Positions 36,916 through 50,990 of a DNA stretch of 64,000 nt are shown in pieces (position 1 is the stretch's first letter; each line of letters starts with the position of its first letter). The notes under the pieces were generated by a model. The model was not told the DNA's origin. It searched no databases and saw only the letters and a list, made by a program, of their open reading frames with translations. The stretch comes from Bispira polyomma (taxonomy: Eukaryota). The stretch covers positions 18,352,001-18,416,000 of the forward strand of contig OZ287749.1 of the NCBI GenBank assembly GCA_965649765.1. Direction: 5' to 3'. The position numbers were made by a program, and so were the translations under genes.

Positions 36916-39900
36916 ATCTGAATCATTTGGTAGAGCACAGTTATGTCAGGATAATAGAGGTTCTACTGTGGGTTTCTAAAATACAAAAAAGCATTTTAAT
37001 ATAAAACACTATGTGAGTGGAAATCAGTTCTAATTAAAACTATTGGCACTCAGTCCTTTATCCAGTAGATGGAGAAGAATTTAATTTAATTTGGTTTTTA
37101 CTTTTCTACCCATCACCTGATTATTACTCATAAAATTCTCCTTTTTACTGCATACAGTTGTGGCAATTGCTGCTAGTTTATTCCAGATAACTGTATTTTA
37201 ACTTATTTTTACTTACATGTAACTGTGTAGATTATAAATGTAATGGTTGGGGTTGGTAATAATATTTTCTAATAATACTGTGTCATTAGTTGATATATCA
37301 GTAATAAAGCAAGTACAATGAACATGTATAACTGTGTAGCTGTACCTAAAGTGCCTCTTTAAAAAAAGCTTGGTTGTATTTTGCCTGCATATAAAGAAAA
37401 CCTGTCTAGACACACAATATTTAAGCAATTTTCTGATTGTAATACTGCTTTCAACACATTGTATATGGCAGAGAGGATGCCTAAAGCAATATGATAATCT
37501 AAAAGTTATATTAAAAATTGACCTTATTTAGGGATCAGTCAATCATTATACAAAGTTAGTTTTAATTTGGACTAACACCCATTCAAGCCATGCTACCTGC
37601 CATTATGTGTTGCGACAGTGTGCTATTTAGCCTGCGACTCTCCCAATGTTTAATGTTCAGGGGAGGCTGCAATCCACATAGCACATAACTGACTACACAC
37701 ACTCAACTGTCCATGATTTCCTGTCTGCAAGTCTCATAGTACTTCTCCTCCACAACTCACTGCATGACAATGAGACACTGTTTCCATACTGTGGTCTCTG
37801 TTGCCTAATGGTTAGAGTGTTCGAGTTTGGATCAGAGACTCCCAGATTCGATCTTCAATGCCAGTCTGGAGATTGTACCCTTAGACAAAGTATGTTGAAG
37901 TATGGCTTGTAAACTCCTTCAGGAAACTTTTACCATACAAACTATGTTAAGATCTAGCAGACTCCTTACTAGAATTCCCAAGTTTCATTCCTCAGTGAAT
38001 TTTCATACTCATCAAGGGCCAAACATTAAACAATACATTTAACATTAATTAATTTTTTATGTTAGTACAGAATCATCGCCATTATACCTGTTTCTGAGTC
38101 TGCATCAAAAGCTTCTCCAAAACAACAGTTCCCGGTTTTTTTTACACTTTCCTTTTTACCATGACAACATTAATATGGCTTCAGGATCTGAATATAATAT
38201 CACTCTACAAATTTAAATAAATGTTTCTTATCCTTCCTGTGCAAACAGTACGAAGCCCTTCTTTGGCAATCTTCTCCAGGGCCAAGGAGGAACCTTGTGT
38301 TATGAGTATTCATAAAACCAGAACAAGGATACCTAATCAACTTCAGATTTTGCCTTTGATTTTGGTCTAGATCAAATAGGTTTATAAAGGTCAATTTTGT
38401 AAAATTCCATTTAACCACCAGTAATATAAGTAGAACATAAGAATAGCACAGTGTTTGATTTTATTTCGATTATCTTCTCTACTCCAGTTACTTGTTTAAA
38501 TATTTCCTATGGGAAATCAAAGCAATGGTATGAAGACGAAGGTCAAATATGTTTTTATGAATTATTTCACAGAATTTAACCATACTTGTGTAATAATTCA
38601 TGAAGCATTGCTTTGTATATTTTATTTTTTAAATAAAAAATGTAGCAGAATGCCAATGGTCAGGTTGAGCTTGTCATGATTAAAACAAGTGGTTATTAGG
38701 TCAAATTATGAATAGGAAGTTATCTGGAATAATTCTATTATATAAGTGAAAACTTCAACCATTGTCTTTGTCTGAACTTGATAATTAACTTTTTGGTGGT
38801 CACAACTATAGTTTCTTCTCTCTGCATCTCAAGGGATACTTTGGTTGTATATGCTATATCATATATAAGCAAGGAGACAAACATAAAAGGTACAGGCCAA
38901 CTCACAGCCATAATGTTCATCAACATAGACCAAAGAGAGTTATTGGTGCTGTAAAAGTTTGAAGTTGGTAGTAGACTTGCTGAAGGCCTGTGGCTTGCAG
39001 TTCAGAAAATCTTAACCTACTTTTCCAATCCAATAAACTGCTTCTCTCTAACATATATATTTTAGATTATTCAAAAGTAATTAGTGAATCTTCCTATTGC
39101 AAGTTTTTCATGCCCACATTTCTTTTGTAATTTTATCCAATGATATCAGGTACAAATAAAATCTGTACCACAATCCTATGCTTGCAATATATGTGACTGT
39201 TTATTACTACTCAACAATACAATGCACCCGGATGATATTAACTAAGTAACCGGTTCAATAAAAATAATGTGTGACTGTTACCATACACACACGGCATTCT
39301 GAACAAAGATGACATTTATTTTTCATCTCTATTTTTGCTTCTGTAAATCCGATATTCATAGCTTGAATTGTACATGGGTTATTACTTAGTTTTGTATAAA
39401 CTGATAAAAATAAAGAAAAACTAAAGAAATGTATTTTTGTATGTAAATATCTTGTAAGAATGTAATATGTCTATCTTCAATACTTGTTTTGTAATGTTTG
39501 ATTAAAAAAAACTTTTAAAAAACACAGGCGCATAGTTTGACATGAAATATACCAACGTTTATATGGCCACTATATATATACTCATGCCCCAGGATGCGCC
39601 TGATAACAATAAATCTGATATCTTTGAGTTTGGCCAGGTCGATTGCTTCTAACCTATTCATGAAGGCCTTACATATTTTCTAAGTTGTCAGCACCCTTTT
39701 AAGAATGAAAACAATATCAGGCTGTGCTTGGTAACAATGTTAGACTAGAAAGGCACTCGGTAAAGTACTTACATTTGCCAAAGTACCATGTGAAGTGCCA
39801 AAGAGTGCTAAATGTTTTTGGATCTTCCCTTCTAATGAGATCTACTCCAAAATTTGTAGGATGTTTTGGCCCATACCCCATCCCTCCACAAAATGTCATG

Positions 39901-42900
39901 TAAATCACCAATAGTTTGTGTTTCATCATGGTGATGAAGAAGCAAATGATCCAATGGCACCACCACCAGATAGAATCATAACCTCCTTGACAGAGGTAAT
40001 TATCTGTGAATCCTGCAAAGTTTAGAAACCCTGAAACCTAGAATGCTGGAAAAATTGTTCAGTTCAGAAAATATTAACAGAATGACAGAGTAGTGTGCTA
40101 TTTTAATTAAGAAATGGCTAAAAATCAGCCCCTTGTGTAGTAATGGGGTGTTTTGTATCCCCATGTGACACTGGGATAGGTCTAAAATTAATGAGTAACT
40201 TTGTTAACTATGAAACAAAAACAGTAAGTGTAAATAAGATGCATTCCTATATTTATTTAATGTTTTATTAAATCTTATATAAAGTGATCTTTACATTAAA
40301 TCAGACACAATCTAATTGGTAATTGTTAATGTCACTTTAGCAAAAATGTTTTTGATTGTGTTTGATTGTGTCTTATGTCATAACCTATGTGTGGCTAATT
40401 TAATTTATTTGAATTTAGTTGACTTTTACATCGTTCTCAAGAGCCTAGGTCATATCAATGCTGAAGCGATATGGATCTCTGGTGATCACAACACGACTGA
40501 TTTTTGACAGAGTTCAGAATTCCTGTTGAGTACCCCTACTGTGCCCATGCTGTGTGTTGGCAGGGAAAACAGGTGCAACAATTGTGTTTTAAACTAAATT
40601 TCTGCAATAGGTAACAGCAGGGCAGTAGTTGAATTACCAGAGTGGAGTTGACCACACATTCCATCGCAAGCTTTGTACAGTAGTTGAATAATGATCGCCC
40701 CAGTGGTGTCGGCTGTGTGCAACATTCGCCCTGTGATCGCCTAATTAGATTTGCCATTAGTTCTATAGGGAATGTGATTTGTTTTCAACTCAAACAACAA
40801 GCTACTGTGTTGTCCATTGTCTATGCAATAATTTTAAAAATAATGCACTAGTTGCACAAAGAACAAGTTGTAGGCGATTAAGGAGGGAGTGAAGAATGTA
40901 ACTTGCATATGGGGCGATAGCTAAAGTTTTCCCCAAATCAAGTCCGACCAGTGTACATCCAGTGCAAATTGTAGGTCGCTTTAGATCACCTAGATTTCAT
41001 GGAATAAGATCGCCTAGATTTCACAAATTATGTGTATTGTTCTGAGTATCAAAGAACTGTCTTGTACAGTATTTCCCCCAAGTATCTGTATATGATACAG
41101 GTTGTTTGCAATGATTCATTTTTCAAATATACCTACCATTGTATGCTTCTAAGATTAACTGCAAAAACGAGTTCATCAATCACATTAATGTTGTTATAAA
41201 GACTCCTCGACTACTAGACTATAATAGGTGCATTTGGTAAATCTAGACAACAGATTTGATAAAAAAAAGTATTGTGTAAACTACCATTTTTTGTTACCAG
41301 TTCTCTCTTGTAATATACTGTAGCAAAACCTGAGTAGCTCTCATTATGAGAGCAAAATTGAGAGCCTTGTCAAAAATTCTGAATAGATGTGCCTGCTTCC
41401 AAACTTGAGAAGATATTTGTGCTACTTTAGTCTCCCCCTAACTTATATCAAATGAGTAATTGCAATATTGTACCTGTGGCATTTCAGTCAGCTGTGGCTT
41501 TCTCCATGGGAAAAACAGTAGGTAAAATTCTTTGTTCACTTTTGATTTATTACAAGGCTTGTACAGCATATCTAAGATAGATTGGAGAAGACTTAAAGGA
41601 ATTTTTTTATATCAGTCATTCAATGAACTGCTTTCAGTGGCAGTGTTCTAAGTTTTTTACAATTTATGATACTTACAATATCATTAAACGTCAAAATGCC
41701 TTTACTTTCCTTAAATATTAATTATGCTAAGGTGTAACAGCTATTATAGCATTGAGGTGGGATATTTTTCTTATGGTTTTAGGTAGTTAGGGCAGTAATT
41801 ATTGTAAACAGTAATTTTAAGCTGAAAGTACTCTTGTATTTTAAATATCCAAGGAGTGATCACAGAAGTAATGTGACATTTTTATCAAAGTTGAAATTTT
41901 ACACAATATTAAATGTTAAAGTTTGATCATTTAAAAGAAGTTTAGAGAAATCTAGCTTCTTGGAGTTTGTTGATTAATCTTTCAAGAGGTCAACATGGCT
42001 TTCTTCTGTGTTTGTTAAATAAATTCACCATTGCCAGGTATGTACTGATAAATTTTTGACGCAAGTATTATAACATATTTAAATTTTCATCTGTCCAAAA
42101 TATTGAAAAAAGGAAAAATGAAAAAAAATAAAATGTCTTTGTAAAAAGCAGGTTAATTTCAAAAGCACTAACTAAGCCATTCAACATAAACTTACACAAT
42201 GTCCAAAATGTAAAAATCTACATAAGTGTAAACAAAAGTGTTCTGGAACTGAAAGAATGTCTCACTCATTTAAAGTTTGATCACATTTCAATCCCATTTA
42301 ATCAAGGTTTTTCTGTGGAAAATAATGCTGATTCCATCAGCTATGCAACATTAAATCATTCATTACTATGGTCAAATGGGACTAGCAAGACATTTAAATT
42401 TAAATGAACCTGTAACACGTTGAAGCTTGTCCAGTGACTTCTATGGCACAATTGTCCTACAAAAAATTACTTCATGTATTTTTGATTAAAGATTATTTAT
42501 TGTGTAAACTTAGTTCTAAGTAATAAAGCAACAATGATTCTAGCACAAAAGCATCAAATACCTGCTACTGCACATACATAGTGGAACAGGTTTGAGTATG
42601 AAATACCCCAATCGGCTTATAACTTGTTTTAAGATCTCATGAAGGACAAGTTTGATTAGTAATGCTACACTGATTTAAGAACTTAACCTTTTTTTTAATC
42701 CGAAATGACTGTGCATCACCCCAAAATGTGGTTTTGAATCAGGTAACCAATTGTTTTTCACCTTTTACTAGTCTGCACTTGCTAAGTCAGTACTATTATA
42801 TTGTATCTATTATTCCCTTAGACCAAAGTAGTTAGGGTACCATTAACCATTATAAATCACACACTAATAAAATTGTTAGGAAAAATACAAACTTTTAAAA

Positions 42901-44543
42901 AGATATGTGCACAGTGTGAAATACACTTTTTTTATTATTGTTTTATTATTATTTATCTTATACCTTAGGGGCACTGATATAAAACATCTGTATGTTTGTA
43001 ATTGGCTGTAGTATACATCAACATTTACTGTTTCATTTTGCCATATCATCAGCATAATGTTTTTCTGGAATTCTACACTACCGTATGCATGTACTAAATA
43101 AAAGTTGTTAAGCATGAAATAAGACTAAAATGACAGATTACAATAAAAAAACCATCATCTGAGCCACAGAAAAAGTTTATTTATGGCTTATGTTAAGATA
43201 AAAATCATCCAAAAGCTGTATGGAAATCTTTGTTTTCTTTTATACTTACAGAGCTTGTGTTTCAGTTTGTAATTTGGTATGTTTGATGTTGTTGCTGAAT
43301 GCTGAATCGAAGAAAAAAAAATAAAGTGTTATTTATTATCAAGTGCTATTCTGTTAAAGAAACCACATTACTTTGGATGCTATTTACTTTGCATGCTAGG
43401 CACTATTTATATCTAGTTCTTTTTCTGTGAAAAATCCAACTTTCTAATGTAGCAAAGACCACTAGTTTCTTTTGAGTAAAAGAGTTTATAGATGTGTAAC
43501 TTCATATTGTATTTATGTAACTATACCTTAATATTAATCGGAATAAATTAACTAACATATTTTTTTGGAATTGTCATAAATTGTCTTGGTTAGGGTTCAA
43601 ATTGACCTTAATCTTTTTATAGCACACACAATATTACCAAATATTGTTTAATGTACCAAAGAAGGTCAGTTACCAGACAATGCTAACAATGGTTACAAGA
43701 TTTAGAGGAAATATTTTTGGATAAATGTCAAACAAGTATGAACTTCATTAGTTTTTTATGTCAGACAACCATAGGAAATTGTCATTGTAACTATTGTTAC
43801 ATTAAACTTTCCATATTTGTGTATTGATAGTGTAAAATGTCAAACAATCAGGTAAGCTTAGATAGTATTTACTGTGTAAAATAAATAAGCATGTACATAT
43901 ATTGGTATTATTGTGACAATGTTTGAGTAATGCTTTGAACAGGAATCTACATTTACCTGACAGCCACTACATCATCCACATAAAACTGGTAATTATTTGT
44001 TTGAAAAGAAGAGTGAGAGTTGTAAAAGATAATCAGATCTATATAGACGACAAGACAGAATATTGTAGTACTTCACGTATATCCGACAAATTTGACTTGC
44101 GAAATATAATAAGACAATTTTCCAAAGAGTTAGAATAGAAGCCATTTGGTTACTCCATTTGCTGTGCTCAATGAAAAGAAATTGAGATTGTTAGACAGAT
44201 CCGTCCATAATATAGGGGTATCATCTTGAAAAGCCATTGTTAAGGTGGGTATTGGTCTTATGAATTAAGGTAATGTAGGTATCAGTCTATCAGGCCTATA
44301 GTTCTAATGTCTCTTAATAGAGTGCAACATGTAAGGTGTTTGTTGAAGACTCCATAAAACACATGATATGTGGGGGACATTTGGCATAGTTAGATTTTAA
44401 AGAATATTGCTTAAATGGATTAACAATTTCTTTGACAGTTATTCCTGGAGTAATAAAGTGCCCCTTAAAAAGGGTGTTTATTTGCTTTTAGGTCAAGTTT
44501 TTTCGCCACTGCATTATGGTCTTTATTTTATGTCTCTCTTAAT

Positions 44544-44801
44544 GGGGCCGCGGTGGCCTAGTGGTTAGCAAGCATTGCGCTTTACAATCACTGGTCTCTC
44601 ACTTCTGGGCGGCGTGAGTTCGAATCCTGTCGATGCCTATGTGGGAAAGGTGGTAGTTCCTTACTGTGGGCTGCTGGTTTCTCTGCAGAACCTTGACCGA
44701 CTGTATGCAGTGTTTCCTCCAGCGTTTCCAACTACCCGTCCTAATATAACCTACTAAAAGGTACTAGAGTGGACGTTAAATATCCAAATTCAAATTCAAA
44801 C
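44544..44801 (+). mobile_element. Intact tRNA-derived SINE with 12-bp target-site duplication
   Basis: A-box TGGCCTAGTGG, B-box GAGTTCGAATCC, (CAAATT)n tail, TSD GTCTCTCTTAAT at 44532-44543 and 44802-44813. Confidence 0.93.
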
Positions 44802-46449
44802 GTCTCTCTTAATATTAACAATTTGTTTAAAAGGGTGATCAAACATGTTGTTAATCTTTATCACTATTCATATAACTTCAAAGCTAATACTGGCTTGGGT
44901 GATTAGCTTAGAGTGTTAAACTTTAAAATATATTGTGTTTTGGTTTTGACCATGAAATGTTTGAAAAAATGCTGCTATTTGAATTAATAATTATTAGAGC
45001 TACGATGTATTGGACTTTTAGACATTTAAAAAGCACTGCCCAATTTGTTCAAAAGTGGCACTTCATTCTCCAGTAAATGTTTACTTTAAAAGGGGGGACG
45101 GGAAAGTCAAAAATAACCCTGAACAGTATTCATTTGGCTATTGACTCAAGGTCTTAAATAAGACACTGCCTTATAAAAAATGATGTGATTTTCTCAAATG
45201 TGTTTCAGTTCTGAATGTTAACAGAAAAAGATACAATTATTATTAGAAAAAGGTACATTGTACAAATATAACTGTTTTAATTAGTGTTCTATAAGCTTAA
45301 AAATTACAATTATTTTTTCTGGTAAAGGGGATTAGTGAAATTGACAGAGTTTTCTCCAGGGTGTAATAAGTAAATTTGCAAGGGACTTCAGTATAGTTTT
45401 TATCTCACTATCTCATTCCCTGGTTACTGAGTTTCTAATCACACAATGAAAACATAATTTTTCATCTAATTATCCATTCTTTCAGTAGGGTGCTTAAAGT
45501 GGACATTTGAAATACCTTTTAGGCCAGAAACAGAGAGAAAAAAAATATTACTTAGAAAGAAAAGGCTGTTTCTTGTTGTCTTCTTAGTAATTTGTTTTTA
45601 CAACCCTAAAGAAAGATAAAGTAAGATGTAATTAAAAGGCAAATACCACTAGCTGTGTCTTTGTGTCAGATAATTTCATTGCTATGTTTTGGGGTAATGC
45701 AGTTTTATTGTGAGAAAGATAATAGCAAACGAAAACACCATTATAGTCAGAATCCAGACGTTGTAGTTCATAGTCACAATTATATCAGAACCCAGACATT
45801 GTAGTCAGTATTGCTCAATACCAACTACAAGTTCTTCTCTTTTTTCACCCCAGATTTTTGAAGCTAGTTAATTTTGTACAACCAATTGATGCTATTTAAC
45901 TGACTACAAAACTGATATACATAAAACTTTGGGGGGAAGTGCATGGGCCAATTCAAAGATGGATCTGGGCCCAGGTCTTCAATAAAGTAATATAGAACTA
46001 GTTTTCTGAGACTATCATTTAAATTGTAGCTGCATTCCATAAAATTCTTTAAATAATTACTGCTACTATTTTAACCATTTTCCATGTTTCACCATTAACC
46101 AGTTTTTGCCTTGAAAGTTCAAACTGGAACCTTTTGCCTGGATTTGCAATGCAGACCATCTCATGTTAATTATCTCTTGTTCTGTCTGTAAGCACTTTGT
46201 TTTATTGTTCCCAAGAGACTACATACAAGTTATTTTGTAAGAAGTTGCTAATAATAAAGTCGTTCATAAAAGCTGCATCAAGTAATAAGTCTTTCCAATA
46301 AAATCAGGGAGTAGCATCGACAATGAGATTGGCACGTAAAGGTCTCTCAAATTTTCATTTTATTGGTAATGTAAAAAAAAAACCACATATTTTTAAAATT
46401 AGTAATTATAGTATCTACAAGAAACAAAGATGAGAATAACAATGCAGAT

Positions 46450-48300
46450 TCAATATCCAAGATTTCATTCTTAAATTCTTCATTCTTCCGTTTGTGGTTA
46501 TTTCATATGTCAGGGGTCACATCTGTTGTATGGCGTACTGAGTACTGAAGTCTGCTATGTGTTACTCTTTTCAATAATTTCATTGAATAAGTATCTGACA
46601 TGCTATGTTTGTCCTTACACACAACTAAAAATATGACCTCATTGTTTGGTGTTCTGTGATTGCTACTATAAATATCGGCTGTGTAGTATTCAACATTATG
46701 GCAATTTGCAATATCAGGTTAAGACTTTTTATCATATCTTGTTTCGCCCTGGGTGTGATTTGTTATCTTGCACAGCCTGTTGTGCACTATTGGTAATAAT
46801 GTTAATTATACCAGTTGGCTCTGATCCAACTCTTACAATGTCACTTGTATTATGATCAACATTACTTTGTGGAATAATACCCACTTTCCTATTAAACACA
46901 TTATTTTTTACACCATTGTCTACTGCACATGCTGTAAAATCACTATAAAATTTTTCAGTCTCTATAGTTCTGTCGTTGTGGCTATAATTCATAACCTAAA
47001 CACTTGGTTTATAACTCATAATATTATTTAAATTCTCATGTCTGTCCCCTATAATTTTACATTTATTATTGGAACGTTCCAGTATATTATTAATGTAACA
47101 ATTGACACTACTACCTCTTTGTACTAATGGGTGATGTCTGGTTGTGCAGTCAGTGATCTCTGATGTTGGTCTGTTGTCCTATTGAGTAGGTGTGGCTGTA
47201 GATGTTGGCTAGCAATGTAATTGAAAACACTTTGCCTCTGCATGAGGGTTAGCTCGCCCCTTCAGCTTGAAGCAATGCGCGTATATATGTCTAAATGACA
47301 TTGTTGACGTCTCGTGGTCTGATTTGTGTGAACATTGATAACGCTAAAAGTGCCTACATGGCATTTTCTTCTTCCTGTTGATGTTATCTGATGATGTTGT
47401 GTGACTAGACGCTAAGTTTAAAATGAGGGCCTGGGAGTATGATAATCTATTCATGGTCCATCGGGTTTCGTCTGTCCATGATAACCGACCCTCCTCAATA
47501 TCGTGCATATTACTTGCGTATGCCCCGCGTGCGATGTTCCATGAGATGTTGGCCGCATCCTTCATGGTCGCTGCTAGTCGATGTAGCATAGGATTCAAGA
47601 TGGAGGTGTTCTTTACCTCTAATGCATTCTGTATCTGACCTGCCGCGAATTGGGCCACAGATAAGTCATCATATGTGACCCTCTATTTCCCGACTTCTGC
47701 TAAGCAGGCTTCATTTGGCCAGCATAGCATGGGGTCTGCTATACACACCTCTGACATGTTAAATCTGCCTCATTTTTTTTTAAAAGGTAGCTTACCCTGT
47801 AAGTTTGTGTCTGTTGCCCATGACTTATACTGTGCTAACCTTTGGTTCACTTCCGCTTGAGTGTCGCAGGACCTCCATGGGGGGATGAATTGCGTCTCTC
47901 ATCCGTGATGTTGTTCGGTCAACTACGTGCGACTCCCTTGTAAGCACGTTTCCTGCTGCCCCCTAGTGATAATCCATCTGCCTGGCATCTGCCACTCTGT
48001 TCTGGCATTGGGAGTAGCCCGTGTCCCATCTGGGCTCTGGAGTGAAACGGGTTCTTGTAGTCACTCAGTGGTCTGTCATAGTATTACTGGTGCTGGAACT
48101 GGTTTTAGTAAACTTTGGTTATCATATTGAGTATGTGCTTTGTCTTTCGCTTTGAAGCTAGAGACGTCCCTTTCTAACTCATTGACAGTTTTAAGTAAGG
48201 CTTCCATCATATTATTTTGTCTCTAGAAAAGTGACTTATACACGTCATTGTTACTCACATTGAATTCTATGCTCTGGGAATCTGATTCCATACTTGTGTC
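46450..48300 (-). mobile_element. YR-retrotransposon 5' relic (gag plus start of pol)
   Basis: WPNE..RVTYDDLSVAQF..SWNIARGAYA..IEEGRLSW..PCRH..H..HIYAHC aligns by eye with gag at 59921. Confidence 0.8.
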
Positions 48301-48369
48301 AGTCGCCACATAAAACTTTTAATACCTTCTTCAAATCTAATCCTTCAGTATCAGTAGCAATAAAATCAA

Positions 48370-49430
48370 TACAACTTTAGTTAAAATGCCTTCGCTTTCC
48401 AAGATGGCTGCTGTTTTTATTTACTTTTTCTGATGCTAGCTCTTTGCTTGCCAGCTTAAGAATGTGGTTACAATGGTAAAGGCGGGAAATCTCTCCCTGT
48501 ACACAAGTTTCTAATTTGGTGCATTGAAAACAATTGGATTGGATGGCATTCTGTACACAAATGGTTGCCACAACTATACTGTAAAGGTGTGTATTTGTGC
48601 CCCGACTGAAATGTCATGCTTTGTGATGCAGTGACTGTTACCAACGTAACTGTACCAGATGGTGTGTCTCTGTATCCTGTGCCCCACCCTCCTCCCCATC
48701 TCCTGGAATACGTCAGGGGGCATCCCAAGGAAATTGTGGTACGACTGGAGAACTTGCAGCTTCAGGCGTGGCATGAGTGATGTGAAGTGTCCATGTTCTG
48801 CTATTTCCCTGAGCAATGGCTTGATCTAGAACCTTTGCCTTGCACTTCATCTTCTGGCCACCTGAGCCCAAAGCTGTACATTCCGTACATCTCTTTGCCT
48901 TGCTTATCGTCGTATTGTGCCTTCGATGCCCATAATAACCATCAGTGGTGCTTGCATGTAGGTAATTACAGCCCTAAGTCCATTTACTAGATTTATTAAT
49001 CTTTGTAGAATCATGTTGATCACTTGCTTACTGAATTAAAACTGTCTGGATTCAAGTTTGAACCCTAGTTTAAATAGCATTTGATGGAAATGGTACCCAC
49101 TGATTGTTATTACCAAGATTTCGATCTGGATCAGCTGTTTCATCGGCTGATTTATCTTAGTGTCGAATGACTGGATTGTAACGCCCTTACAACCTATGTT
49201 TTTGATTGTAAGCAGTTTCAACAACTTATCTTTAACAATTGGCGGAGGCTGGGAGCCCAAAAATGTGATTGTGAATACAAATCAGGCCGATTCATCATAA
49301 TTTTAACAAATTATCGGGGAAGTTGTACGACTTATTTTACAGGTTGTGTTGACACATATTTTCCCGGCCTTTTCTTAAAACATTGTGGGAAAACGCCAAG
49401 GATTGCTCATGATTGCCTAATTGGGGCCTC
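48370..49430 (-). mobile_element. PIF/Harbinger transposase N-terminal relic with probable 5' terminus (GGCCCCAATT)
   Basis: HGHFTSLMP.L..SYHNFLGMPPDVFQEM..RVGHRIQ matches Harbinger N-terminal F..M...F.EL...V pattern. Confidence 0.7.
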
Positions 49431-50530
49431 TCCTTGACCGTTCTTGATAGTGGAACAGAACTATAACTAAAAGGTGAGCTCTATCTAAAGAAAACAATGC
49501 AAATTCATAGATTTTAAACACTTCAATTGCATATTCCCCTAATAATATTTGCTAAGACATTTTTGCCTCGAAATTGGTTGATTCACTTATTCCTTCACAC
49601 TAACTCCTCAAACACCCCACACTCTCTTTGTCACATCACCCAAATTATTACACATGCAACTAACGGGGAACTGACTGCTCTACACATTTACCAGTTGATC
49701 TTTCTTATTTGATGACGTAGATTAATGAGGATTACATTGCTGGAAACAGCTCCATCTCTTGGGTTACTGAGTTAATCTTCCTGCCAATAAATGAACACCC
49801 TGTTTCCTTTGGTTATTTTAGGCGAGGACTAAATCTATAGATTTACACCTTTCAAAAATGTATTTTTATCATTATAATTGTGCATGCATATGGAGTTTTA
49901 GGTTAATTTTTTAATGGAACTGAAATGTTGCATATTTTTATATGCAACAATGGTCCAGTGAATAAATGCAACATTATATCTTCCAGATAGCCTCTAAATC
50001 AGTTCTGATGTTAAGGCATTACATATTTTTTCTGAATAAATGGTCATGCTTTACGTGGTTAAATTACAGTTCCTTTATCCCCATTTATTGAGAATATTTT
50101 ATTGGTATGTTAATGTTTCGAGTTCATGAACACATTTCTTGATAATGGGAAGGTGACCACTATCTGTAATAGCTTTAAGTTATATTTTAAGAGGAATGGC
50201 AAGATGTAATAACTTGCTCATTACTTTCCAGCCAAAGAGAAAAAGACTAGCATAGATATAAAAACAAAAAATTTTTGTAGTTTTGTTTTTCAAAAGGAAA
50301 AAAGTAGATCTTGTACTGAAAATAAAGTTGTGCAAAGAATTGTATATAACAAGGGTCATATGATGCACCCAAGTTGAGGAATATGACCTTTATATCATTT
50401 GGTAACACAAGACTTATGAAACTATTCCTAATATTGTAATCTAGTTTTCTTAGACAATCTTTTAAGCTATCATTTGGTAACATACACAAGATTTATTATA
50501 CTATTCCTAATATTGTAATCTAGTTTTCTT

Positions 50531-50990
50531 AATCTAATCTAATCTAATCTAGTCGTACTTTTATAGCGCTTAATCTTTGTACAACAAATTCTAAGGTGCA
50601 ACAAACCCAAAACGTTAATCGAAAATCAAAAATAGTGGGCGGATGGAAGTCGTAACCAGGGAGACTACCGTAAATGGTTGCGATGGCTAAGGTGGAAAAG
50701 CCTGTTCAAAAAGATAGGCCTTCAGCTTACTCCTGAAAGAGGAGAAAGTTTGAGCCAGGCGAACATGATCAGGTAGACTGTTCCAAACGAGGGGGCCATC
50801 ATGAGCTATCATCATGAACTTTGGATTTGTGGATGCGAGGGTCGAAAGTGGGAATGTTAAGGTATAATTTATCAGGGTTACTGTGCCTTGTCCTGACTGA
50901 GCATGTATATTTGGATAGATGGGGGCTAAAATAAGTGGGTAATCCAGAATTTAGAAATATATATATTATTGTTGCTGTTTTGAAAGCAAC
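50531..50990 (-). mobile_element. 5'-truncated L2 LINE with (TTAGA)n tail
   Basis: GPLVWNSLPDHVR..FRSKLKAYLFEQAFPP* ORF2 end. Confidence 0.9.

Noticed and set aside
40500-41030. Possible non-autonomous Harbinger-like element (GATCGCC repeats)
   Set aside because: No clear TIR pair or TSD identified
43956-43990. Selenocysteine-like VLCG*CSGC reading on minus strand
   Set aside because: Frame is arbitrary, another frame is open, no SECIS or selenoprotein context seen
47100-47170. Frameshift signal at the end of the minus-strand gag relic
   Set aside because: Only a degraded hairpin and no intact slippery heptamer; neither supports nor refutes
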